From: an uncultured Acidobacteriota bacterium | GTDB taxonomy: Bacteria; Acidobacteriota; Terriglobia; UBA7540 | DNA length: 64,000 bases | Reading direction: 5' to 3' | NCBI GenBank assembly: GCA_963804995.1 | Contig: CAWDSK010000005.1 | Span: forward strand, 416,001-480,000 | Shown: in pieces, positions 55,168 through 63,676 of the stretch | Position numbering within the stretch: position 1 is the stretch's first letter | Layout: each line of letters begins with the position of its first letter | Position numbers and translations under genes: made by a program | Notes under the pieces: generated by a model | Databases searched by the model: none | Seen by the model: the letters and a program-made list of their open reading frames with translations, nothing else | Told to the model about the DNA's origin: nothing

Positions 55168-56538
55168 TTAGGCGGCGGAATCCTTGGAGCCCGCATCGCC
55201 GGCTTTCACGCCACCGTTGGGCTCAGTCAGGACCTCAGACGCCGTGATCTTCTTCGGTCGCATCTTCATCCAGAAGTACGGCCGCGCGAGCCAGCGCGCC
55301 ACACCCATCTCCGCGCGGTAGAGCAATGACGCGGGGTTTGAGGGCGCCAGATACCGCGTGTCGCCCGGCTGCACAATCAGGCTGACTTCGATGTTCGGCG
55401 TGACGTCCATGGGAATGTTGTTGCGGCGGCAGGCTTCGTACAGGTGGCGGAAGACCACCAGCATGTCCTCGTAACTTGGCGACGGCCACTGTTCCATGTC
55501 GGCGCCGATGGTGGGGCGGAAAATACATACCGTCGGAAAGGCGCCCAGTCCCGTGATGTAGTCGATGGCGCGAAGCGTGTCCTCAATCGGCTCAACGCCG
55601 GCGATGATTTCACCCGAGCACGAGCCTTTTCCCAGCTTCTTGGCCGTGTATTCGAGCGCACGGAAAAAGGTTTGCTGCCCCACCAGTTCCTGCTTGCCGG
55701 GCAGGAAGCGCGCAAAATACTCCGGGTTGTGAAACTCGTAACAGAAGCTGAAGTGGTCCGCTCCGAGATCGATCAAGCGGTCATACTTCCAGAAATCGAG
55801 TGTGGGGATCAGTTGCACGCCCACCAGCGCCCCCACGCGCGACTTGACGGCCTTCACGTAAGGCGCCGCTTCGTCCAGATCGCGGTCGGTCTGATAGCCG
55901 GAATTGAAATGCACAAAGGTGACGCCGGATTCCTGCTTGGCGGCGCGCGCCACTTCCACCACGTCATCAATGTCCTTGCGGGCCACCTCGTTCACGCCCA
56001 CGTTCAGTCCGCTGGCGCAGAACTTGCAGTTGAGCGCCGGCGAGTGATACCAGAAACCGCAGGAGTTCGAAATGTAAATGCCCAGGTAAGTTCCCTGCAG
56101 CACGCCGACCTTGTGCATGGGCGTGCCACGCGAGGTGTGGCGGGTGTACCAGGCGGGTTCGGGCGGAATCCGCACGTCGTACTCGAAGCCTTGGCGCGTG
56201 TCCCTGACGTTGTATTTCCCCCGCTCGCGCCTCAGTTCGTAACACGATTGCTGTGCAAAGTCTTCTTCCACCGGCACGTTCACCCAGATGTCCTTGATCG
56301 AGCCGGGAATCACCAACTCCAGCCCGCTGCCCAGCCCGGCGCGGGTGCGGGTGATGAACCGCGCGTCGTTCTCAAGCGCGCAGGAAGGGTCTATACGCAG
56401 GCCTTTGCAAAGGAGATCTATTTCTAGCTCGCAGGGATTGAGCGGATGGCAGGGTTCGTGGGGAACCGGCCGGCTGGCAAGGGGCGAACCCTTCTCTACG
56501 ACATTTTGTCCTGATGTGGGCATTAACTCACCAACCAT
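55168..56538 (-). CDS. Radical SAM protein with a CX10CX2C motif
   Basis: CGFWYHSPALNCKFC; IIAGVEP, GAFPTVCIFRP. Confidence 0.8.
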   Translation of the reverse strand: MVGELMPTSGQNVVEKGSPLASRPVPHEPCHPLNPCELEIDLLCKGLRIDPSCALENDARFITRTRAGLGSGLELVIPGSIKDIWVNVPVEEDFAQQSCYELRRERGKYNVRDTRQGFEYDVRIPPEPAWYTRHTSRGTPMHKVGVLQGTYLGIYISNSCGFWYHSPALNCKFCASGLNVGVNEVARKDIDDVVEVARAAKQESGVTFVHFNSGYQTDRDLDEAAPYVKAVKSRVGALVGVQLIPTLDFWKYDRLIDLGADHFSFCYEFHNPEYFARFLPGKQELVGQQTFFRALEYTAKKLGKGSCSGEIIAGVEPIEDTLRAIDYITGLGAFPTVCIFRPTIGADMEQWPSPSYEDMLVVFRHLYEACRRNNIPMDVTPNIEVSLIVQPGDTRYLAPSNPASLLYRAEMGVARWLARPYFWMKMRPKKITASEVLTEPNGGVKAGDAGSKDSAA

Positions 56539-56694
56539 CTAATTAGCACCCCGTCTGCCATTTTGCCCGTCAATCGCGGGAACCAACCTTTGGCCATCGG
56601 TTGATGGGGTGATCGGCTGATTTGCGAATGGCGAATGGCGATTTGTGATTGGCGATTTTCGAAGTCAGCATTAGATTCATCTCTTTACCTGACA

Positions 56695-57190
56695 CCGCCG
56701 ATAACCGAAGCGGGGGAGTGTGGCCGCCGGGGCTGAGGATCGGGCGATCGGGTGATCCGGAGATCGGGCGATCGCTTCATCAGCCCATGGCGAAAGTTCA
56801 TAGCCCTCTCCGAGGGGTCGTAGATCCGCCGTGGCGGAAGAGGGTGGACCGCCGTCCCGATGCATTCTATCGGGAGGCAGGACGGGCCTACGCCCACCGA
56901 AGGGGCACCTGGAAACTGTAAACAACTTCGGCTTCGGCCCGCAGGCGGGTGAGGGGTCAAGCCGCTTGTCACGGGCCACTGAATTTGCCTCATCCCTGGC
57001 GTCGAACCCGCCGATAACCGATATGGGGGAGTGTGGGCCGGCGGGGGCTAGCGATCGGGAGATCGGGTGATCCGGCGATCGGGTGATCGAATGATAGGAG
57101 CAGCACGTTACTGCCAGGCTCCGGTCGGCCGAATTGGGCTCATGTTCTTGTGCCATCCATCCGATTACCGATTTGGGGGAGTGCGTCACG
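56695..57190. repeat. GC-rich repeat cluster: three CCGATWACCGA..GGGGGAGTG units, octamer arrays and a REP
   Basis: Units at 56698, 57011 and 57161; REP at 56798-56956. Confidence 0.75.
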
Positions 57191-57462
57191 GGCGGGCGGC
57201 ATTCGGTCGGTGCGGTTGGTCGCTCGCCGCGGGGCTTCCGGGCCGTCGCGGTCTTCTGTTGCCATGGTGACAACCGGTGGCTGAAACAGGGGGCCTCGTC
57301 GGGTCGGTTTGGGTGGCAACTATCACCGCCTTTGACCTCCCGTCCAACGCTTTTCACACCTTCCAGCTTCGCTCCGAACATCACGTCACCCGCTTCTTTA
57401 AGCCCCCTTCTCACGGGAAGGGTTCCTCTTTTCTCTTTCCTCCGTACTTTCAATAACTCCCT

Positions 57463-57723
57463 TTGTTTTCATCAACATCGTGGGTTAGCGACTATAACTA
57501 GCTTATTTTTCATAAACATCGTGGCATTAGTCACGATGTCACTTCCTTCTTTCTTTGTTTTCAACAACATCGTGGGTTTAACCTTCATTTTTAAGATTTC
57601 TCAGGATAGTCTAACGATGTGTATGAAAACAATGGGCGAGAGACCGGACAATTTGGCAAGTCTAACGATGTTGATGAAAACAATTAAGTTATGGTTGTTT
57701 TGTAACGATGTTTATGAAAACAA
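57463..57723. repeat. Mirror-symmetric array of six 19-bp repeats (3 forward, 3 inverted)
   Basis: Consensus TTGTTTTCAWNAACATCGT at 57463, 57504, 57555; inverted at 57614, 57665, 57705. Confidence 0.9.
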
Positions 57724-57802
57724 ATGTACTTAGATGGAAAAGGTCGATAGAATTACAGGCTTCGCTTGCGTTGCGCGAGTAGGCAAGACTCTCTTGAAAG
57801 AA

Positions 57803-57914
57803 AGTAGTGGTGCAGTTTGATCTTGTAGCGGCGAGTTTACCTCGCCATCGTACGTTGAGATAACTCGATCGATGGCGGGGTAAACCCGCCGCTACGTCAA
57901 ACCGCACCAGTACC
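57803..57914. mobile_element. MITE with IS1-like ends enclosing a GTAG REP doublet
   Basis: AGTAGTGGTGCAGTTTGA...TCAAACCGCACCAGTACC; shares GTAGCGGCGAGTTTACCTCGCCAT with 15271-15381. Confidence 0.82.
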
Positions 57915-57932
57915 CGAGCCCCGGGTACTGGT

Positions 57933-58769
57933 TCATTTTGAATTTTCTCTGTCCGCTAGTCCTACAATTTCTTGTATAGACCAGACGTAATCTGAAACAC
58001 CTGCCTCCATTGCTGGAGTGCATCTCAGAGTCTCATGGACGCGGGCGAAGTTGTAATACATGAAGTAAAGAGCCACGGCGCACGCCATGTTCTCGATCTT
58101 TTTCGAGTGTCCATTGGTCAGGCGAGTGAACCTCCGCATGTGCATTCTCATCGAGAGATTCTGGCGCTCGACGTAGCTGGTTGAAATGTGTTCCGGCTCA
58201 GGGTGTCCGCTGACGATCTGTTTTTTACAGCCCAGGCAATCAGCCGGGCTGTATCTTGTTTCCTCCTGAGTGGAAGCGTAAATCTTCGCCAGTTGCGCAT
58301 AATCCACATCGCAGCCGAATGAATTCTCGACCGCGTTTACGTAGACGCGCAGACCATCGGTGGTAAGCTGGATTCGGTTCGCTAGGCGCTCTCTTAGGTC
58401 ATCAATGAAAATCTGAGCCGTTCTGAAATCTCGATTACCAAGCATAAAGGAAGGAACTAGTTTCGTATCCGCATCAATAGCGACCCAAGTCCAAACGTCA
58501 CCATAACCGAATTGCCCTTTCTTGTCTTGCGGGACATTCTTCTCTTTCGCGTAGCAGAATTGCCAAATCTCGTCGCATTGAATCCGCTTGCACTTCAGGT
58601 CCCGTAACACGCGATCTTGAAAGTCCGCGCAAGCAATTCCGACTTCACGGAGAAGCTTTAGAATGGTATTCTTCGCTACGCCAGTCATGCGAGACGTGGC
58701 ATTGATTGAACAGCCTTCGACGAGGGCCGTAATCACTTGGGTTCGCTTCTCGCTGCTTAGTTTGTTCAT
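57933..58769 (-). CDS. IS1-like DDE transposase
   Basis: N-terminal HTH (VEGCSINATSRMTGV), IQCDEIW, LTTDG, STSYVERQN.SMR..MRRFTR. Confidence 0.9.
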   Translation of the reverse strand: MNKLSSEKRTQVITALVEGCSINATSRMTGVAKNTILKLLREVGIACADFQDRVLRDLKCKRIQCDEIWQFCYAKEKNVPQDKKGQFGYGDVWTWVAIDADTKLVPSFMLGNRDFRTAQIFIDDLRERLANRIQLTTDGLRVYVNAVENSFGCDVDYAQLAKIYASTQEETRYSPADCLGCKKQIVSGHPEPEHISTSYVERQNLSMRMHMRRFTRLTNGHSKKIENMACAVALYFMYYNFARVHETLRCTPAMEAGVSDYVWSIQEIVGLADRENSK

Positions 58770-58848
58770 GTAATTACTGTACCCACAAAAAGGGGGCTTG
58801 TCAAGAAAATTCTTGCATCTGACCCATTTTTGTTGGTACAATAATTCC
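58770..58848. promoter_or_regulatory. Symmetric divergent sigma70-type promoters
   Basis: Minus strand TTGACA-17-TACAGT-6-ATG; plus strand TTGCAT-18-TACAAT-6-ATG; the two halves form an imperfect inverted repeat. Confidence 0.7.
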
Positions 58849-59052
58849 ATGAAAAAGCGAGGACGCCCGAAGAAAGAGAACCCGCTTGACGAATACATCG
58901 AACTCCGAGTCTCGCCAACCGAAAAGCAAGGTTTCCGAGATGCAGCGGAACGCGCCGGAATTCCCCTCGCAACATGGGCGAGAGAGAGGCTTCGCCGCAT
59001 CGCAACCCGCGAGCTAGAGAACGCCGAACTTCCCGTCGCATTCCTAAAGTGA
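58849..59052 (+). CDS. Ribbon-helix-helix (MobC/CopG-like) DNA-binding protein
   Basis: KRGRPKK then IELRVSPTEK..F..AAERAG..LATWARERL. Confidence 0.8.
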   Translation: MKKRGRPKKENPLDEYIELRVSPTEKQGFRDAAERAGIPLATWARERLRRIATRELENAELPVAFLK

Positions 59053-59058
59053 GGCATC

Positions 59059-59232
59059 ATGATAAAACCTAAATATAAAAAGGGAATGGACTTCAGCCAG
59101 ATTGCAAGAGCGGCAGTCGAGCATGCCATTCAAGTTCCTTTAACGCCTTCGCGTGAAATAAATCCAGCAAGCTATTGTCTCAGTAATAAGAAACAGCCCA
59201 GAAAAAAGCAAAAAACGAAAGAATCTATCTAG
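59059..59232 (+). CDS. Small basic ORF (57 aa), possibly degenerate or frameshifted
   Basis: GAGG RBS; MIKPKYKKGMDFSQIARAAVEHAI...; translated by hand, below the ORF-track cut-off. Confidence 0.45.
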   Translation: MIKPKYKKGMDFSQIARAAVEHAIQVPLTPSREINPASYCLSNKKQPRKKQKTKESI

Positions 59233-59272
59233 GGAACGTGTTCGTCTTTCATCGCTTGCGAGGTCTTGGTCG

Positions 59273-60190
59273 ATGCCTCTTCCCTCAGAAGTTCTCCACA
59301 AAATTGACGATTTAATGAGGGGAGATCTACAAGCTCTCAGAGATGGATACTTCGACTGGTTACTATATTCTACATATCTCGTTATTATCGGGGTTGTCCT
59401 AGAAGGACCCGAGGTAGTGCACGAGGCCATTGACCTCTTCCGGAAATCCGATACGGCGAGTAAAACGCCCAATTGGATAAAGTTTGTAGCGTTAGTAGGA
59501 TGGCTATTTGTTGTTCTGGGAGTAGCTGGAGAAGCATATTTTGACGCTAAAGTATCGAATGGTGATACCCAACTCCAAGCCTTTAACACATCTCTGCTTG
59601 TTGAGGCACAACGCGAAAGTGCTGATGCCGAGAGGCATGCTACCAACTCCATATTATTCGCCGGGGAGGCATCGGAATCTGCTAAGAAAGCAGCCGACTC
59701 GTCTCGACAAGCAGAGCAACTTGCCAGTGGCGCACGCAGAGAGGCGGATTTATTTGAGAAAGAAATTGAATTAGCTGAGAGTAAACTCGCATACCTCCAA
59801 GAACGGGTAAGGATTAGGCATCTATCCGCTGAGCAACGAAAGAAATTGAGCGATTTCTTAAATGCCGCCGCCACTACTAATGCACCGAGAGGACCATTTA
59901 GAATCCAGCGTTTACTCTTGGACGAAACAGCGCAGCCCTTTGCGGTGGAGATCAAAGACGCCTTCACTGCGGGCGGATGGCCTAGCGATGATGTTGGAAG
60001 AGATATTATCCCTTCAGGTGGAAGTATTCCGGTAGGGGTGGTAGTGATCTTCCATAGTTCCCAGTCGATACCAGCGCATGCAGGTGTTATCCAGGGAGCC
60101 CTTACCGCCGCTGGGCTTGATCCCACCTTGGGTGAAAATCCAAACGTCCCAGAGGGAATGGTTGAGATAATGATTGGGGTCAAGCCTTGA
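59273..60190 (+). CDS. Passenger membrane protein (2 TM, coiled coil, C-terminal globular domain)
   Basis: Two hydrophobic helices, an Ala/Glu-rich coiled coil, R.LS.EQ motif. Confidence 0.75.
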   Translation: MPLPSEVLHKIDDLMRGDLQALRDGYFDWLLYSTYLVIIGVVLEGPEVVHEAIDLFRKSDTASKTPNWIKFVALVGWLFVVLGVAGEAYFDAKVSNGDTQLQAFNTSLLVEAQRESADAERHATNSILFAGEASESAKKAADSSRQAEQLASGARREADLFEKEIELAESKLAYLQERVRIRHLSAEQRKKLSDFLNAAATTNAPRGPFRIQRLLLDETAQPFAVEIKDAFTAGGWPSDDVGRDIIPSGGSIPVGVVVIFHSSQSIPAHAGVIQGALTAAGLDPTLGENPNVPEGMVEIMIGVKP

Positions 60191-60437
60191 GCGCGGCAGG
60201 TTGGGATGCACGCAAGAATAGCTGCCCAAAAAACCAGCGCTTGTACCAGATTCAGTATTTTTTCCCAAACTGAACCAGTACCGAGCCCCGCGGGAATTTA
60301 CTACTTCCGCTCGGCTGGCGTATAATCGACCCTCCGGGGCAACCACCAAACTATTGCCTACGGGTTACTCCGCGGTCAGCGATTGGCCCGCAGGGGCGGG
60401 ACGTAGCTGACGGCTGAATGCTGAGAGCTTACAATCT

Positions 60438-61859
60438 ATGCCTGCTCGAACTTTGTACGAAAAAATCTGGGAAACTCACGTCGTTGCCGAGGAGCCCGGC
60501 CAGCCCGCGGTAATCTATATTGACCGCCACCTCGTTCACGAAGCCACATCGCCGCAAGCCTTCTCCGGCTTGAAGGTGGGGGGGCGCAAAGTGCGCCGGC
60601 CTGACCTCACGTTCGCCGTCATGGACCACTCCGTGCCCACCAAGAATCGCCATTTACCCATGGTCGACAGCGTTGGGGCGGCTCAGATGGATGCCTTAGC
60701 GCGTAACTGCCGCGAAAATGGGATCCTGTTTTTCGACATGCAGAGTCCCAATCAAGGCATCGTGCATGTTATTGGGCCGGAACTCGGCTTCACGCAGCCC
60801 GGGCTCACGGTGGTATGCGGCGACAGCCACACCTCCACGCACGGAGCTCTGGGCGCGCTGGCCTTCGGTATTGGCACCAGCGAGGTCGAGCACGTGCTGG
60901 CCACGCAGTGCCTGGTGCAATTCAAATCCAAGACCATGCTGGTGCGGGTTGACGGCAAGCGCGCGCCGGGCGTTACCGCCAAGGACATCATTCTGGCCAT
61001 CATCGGCAAGATCGGCATCGCCGGCGGCAACGGCCATGTGATCGAATTCGGCGGCGAGGCGATTCGCGACCTTTCGCTCGAAGGCCGCATGACGGTTTGC
61101 AACATGTCGATTGAAGGCGGCGCGCGCGCCGGCATGGTGGCGCCTGACGACACCACCTTCGCCTATATGGAGGGCCGTCCGTTTGTGCCCCGCGGCAAGG
61201 AATTCCAGGCCGCCGTGGAGCGCTGGAAGACTCTCCCCACCGACCCGGGCGCAACTTACGACAAGACCGTCACCCTCAACGCCGCTGAGATCGCGCCGCA
61301 GGTTACCTGGGGCACCAATCCCGGCATGGTGGCCGACATTACCGGAAGCATTCCGGACCCGAACTCGTTTGCGGATTCGGTTGATCGCCAGGCTGTGACC
61401 CGCGCGCTCGAATACATGGCGCTCAAGCCGGGCACGCGCATCCGGGATATCGCGCTTGACCGCATTTTTATTGGTTCCTGCACCAACTCGCGCCTGGAAG
61501 ATCTGCGCCTGGCCGCGCGTGTCGTGGCGGGCAAACACGTCTCGAAGTCAGTGAAGGAAGCGCTGGTGGTTCCAGGCTCTATGCAAGTCAAGGCGGCAGC
61601 GGAAAAGGAAGGTCTGGACAAGATTTTCCTCGATGCAGGATTTGAGTGGCGGGACGCCGGGTGCAGTATGTGCCTTGCGATGAATCCCGACGTGCTGCCT
61701 CCCGGTGAACGCAGCGCTTCGACCTCCAATCGCAATTTCGAAGGCCGCCAGGGCAAAGACAGCCGCACCCACCTGGTCAGCCCCATGATGGCCGCTGCCG
61801 CCGCGATTGAAGGGCACTTTGTGGATATTCGCGGATGGGATGTGGGAAATACGGACTAA
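60438..61859 (+). CDS. leuC: 3-isopropylmalate dehydratase large subunit
   Basis: [47 protein letters not shown]. Confidence 0.98.
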   Translation: MPARTLYEKIWETHVVAEEPGQPAVIYIDRHLVHEATSPQAFSGLKVGGRKVRRPDLTFAVMDHSVPTKNRHLPMVDSVGAAQMDALARNCRENGILFFDMQSPNQGIVHVIGPELGFTQPGLTVVCGDSHTSTHGALGALAFGIGTSEVEHVLATQCLVQFKSKTMLVRVDGKRAPGVTAKDIILAIIGKIGIAGGNGHVIEFGGEAIRDLSLEGRMTVCNMSIEGGARAGMVAPDDTTFAYMEGRPFVPRGKEFQAAVERWKTLPTDPGATYDKTVTLNAAEIAPQVTWGTNPGMVADITGSIPDPNSFADSVDRQAVTRALEYMALKPGTRIRDIALDRIFIGSCTNSRLEDLRLAARVVAGKHVSKSVKEALVVPGSMQVKAAAEKEGLDKIFLDAGFEWRDAGCSMCLAMNPDVLPPGERSASTSNRNFEGRQGKDSRTHLVSPMMAAAAAIEGHFVDIRGWDVGNTD

Positions 61860-61871
61860 AGAAGAGTTTAG

Positions 61872-62035
61872 TAAGGGTAAAGGATAAAGGGTAAAGGGTG
61901 AAGGCTGCCGATGATAAATGTTCGAGAACTCTTGTGGCACATGGATCGCTTGGAGCGGGAGTATGAGTTGGAAAATGAAAAGAAGCTCCCGAAGAAAACC
62001 TTTTTACCCTTTAGCCTTTACCCTTAAACCTTAAA
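61872..62035. repeat. Inverted heptamer arrays (AAAGGRT / ACCCTTT) between leuC and leuD
   Basis: Arrays at about 61872-61904 and 62000-62035. Confidence 0.75.
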
Positions 62036-62068
62036 GACATTCTTCTGGAAATATTACATAGGATAAAC

Positions 62069-62713
62069 ATGCAACCTTTCACGAAACACACTGGCTTAGT
62101 CGCCCCGATGGATCGCGTGAACGTTGACACCGACCAGATTATTCCCAAGCAATTCATCAAGTGGCTCACGCGCGAAGGATACGGCCACAAGCTCTTTCTC
62201 GATTGGCGCTACCTGGCCGACGGCGAGACGCCCAACCCGGAATTTGTGCTCAACGCCCCGCGTTACCAGGGCGCCTCGGTGCTGGTGGCCCGCGCCAACT
62301 TCGGCTGCGGCTCCAGCCGCGAACACGCGCCGTGGGCGCTTCTCGATTACGGCTTTCGCGCCATCCTGGCGCCGAGCTTCGCCGACATCTTCTATAACAA
62401 CTGCTCGAAGAACGGCATTCTCGCCGTGACCCTGTCCGATGCGCAGATTGACGAAATCTTCCATCGCGTCGCCGCGAAAGAAGGCTACAGGCTGACGGTC
62501 GACCTCGAGACTCAAACCGTGACGGACAACTCCGGGCTGCGTTTCGACTTCAGCGTCGATCCCTTCCGCCGGGATTGCCTGCTGAACGGCTGGGACGACA
62601 TCGGCTTGACTCTGCGCCATGCGGAGCGCATCACAGCATACGAGCAATCGCACCATCCGGCGGCCAAGATGTACGGGCCTGTCGCCCCCGAGACCAGCAA
62701 AGCGGGTCAGTAA
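62069..62713 (+). CDS. leuD: 3-isopropylmalate dehydratase small subunit
   Basis: [35 protein letters not shown]. Confidence 0.98.
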   Translation: MQPFTKHTGLVAPMDRVNVDTDQIIPKQFIKWLTREGYGHKLFLDWRYLADGETPNPEFVLNAPRYQGASVLVARANFGCGSSREHAPWALLDYGFRAILAPSFADIFYNNCSKNGILAVTLSDAQIDEIFHRVAAKEGYRLTVDLETQTVTDNSGLRFDFSVDPFRRDCLLNGWDDIGLTLRHAERITAYEQSHHPAAKMYGPVAPETSKAGQ

Positions 62714-62758
62714 ACGTCAAGCGGCGGGATCAACCTGCCAGAAATGGTGAGAGTCCCT

Positions 62759-63676
62759 ATGCGCGCATTGATACCTTTCGTTCTGGGAGCCACACTCATG
62801 GCGGCAAATTCTGCCTCGGGACAGGCGCAAAAAATTCATGTCGGTGAGCCGGCGCCCGACTTCACGGTGCCTGCTTTGGACGGTAAGACCACCTACCGGC
62901 TCAGCGACTTCCGCGGCCATCGCGTGCTCATCTTCAACTGGGCCTCGTGGTGAATGTGCCGCGAAGAACTGCCGGTCTGGCAGAAATTCTACGAAAAGCA
63001 TCATCACGAAAATTTTGAAATCTTCTCGATCTCCATGGACACCCAGGGAGCGGACGTGGCCCGGCGCTTTACCGAGGCGGCGGGCGTGACGTTTCCTTCC
63101 GCTGTCGATCGCGCCCAGGGTTTGTGGGATCTGTACGGATTCCCCGTGGTCCCGAACGGCTTCTTTGTGGATGAGCAGGGCATCCTCCGTTATGTAAAGA
63201 TCGGCGACTTCGACGCCCGGAACCCGGCCGACGCAGGCGCCATCGAACAACTTCTTTCCGCTCCAAGTCAACAACCGGCTGTGCAGCCGGGGAGCGATTA
63301 CACGCGCCCCCTTGCAGATGCGCTGCATCAGGCAGAGGAAGCGTCAAAGCATGACCCGAAGAATCTGGATCTTCGCCTGACGCTGGCGGAACGCCTGGTC
63401 GAGAACAAACAGGATGAGCGCGGGCGGCGCGAATTCCAGGCGGTGCTCGACGTGAATCCCAAATCCACGCGGGCGCTGGTGGGGCTTGCCACCGCCTACC
63501 TTGACCTCGGGCAAAAGGACAAAGCGCTGGCGGCACTCCAGCAGGCGTCAGCTCTCGATCCCGACAACTGGATCATCCACAAACAGATTTGGGCCATCGA
63601 ACACCCCGAGCAGTTCTATCCCGCCATCAACCCCGCATGGCAGCATGAAAGACTGAAGGAAGAGGGGAAAAAGTAG
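62759..63676 (+). CDS. Exported TlpA/ResA-like thioredoxin-fold selenoprotein with C-terminal TPRs (UGA at 62951-62953 read as Sec)
   Basis: Two in-frame ORFs join across one TGA at the active site (FNWASW-U-MCREELP); signal peptide; APDFT motif; hairpin just downstream. Confidence 0.85.
62963..62989 (+). promoter_or_regulatory. Bacterial SECIS-like hairpin
   Basis: CTGCC-GGTCT-GGCAG; the stem starts 15 nt after the UGA and the loop begins with G; GAA/TTC lower pairing is possible. Confidence 0.75.

Larger units (their letters stand above)
57924..60282 (-). mobile_element. IS1-like element with passenger genes
   Basis: 17-bp TIRs GGTACTGGTTCATTTTG / CAAACTGAACCAGTACC; GAGCCCCG duplicated at 57916-57923 and 60283-60290; AT-richer than the flanks. 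Confidence 0.93.

Noticed and set aside
56677..57453. 258-aa minus-strand ORF, and ORF 57134-57733 on the plus strand
   Set aside because: Both are read-throughs of DNA repeats with no recognisable domain.
57463..57723. CRISPR array
   Set aside because: Repeats are only 19 bp, flip orientation midway, have 21-40-nt spacers of alternating length, and no cas genes are present.
58770..59129. 120-aa N-terminal extension of the IS1-like transposase in the ORF track
   Set aside because: It overlaps the divergent RHH gene and promoters; the family-like sequence begins at MNKLS (58769).
60290..60437. Leu attenuator or T-box upstream of leuC
   Set aside because: No Leu-rich leader peptide, T-box motif or terminator is visible.
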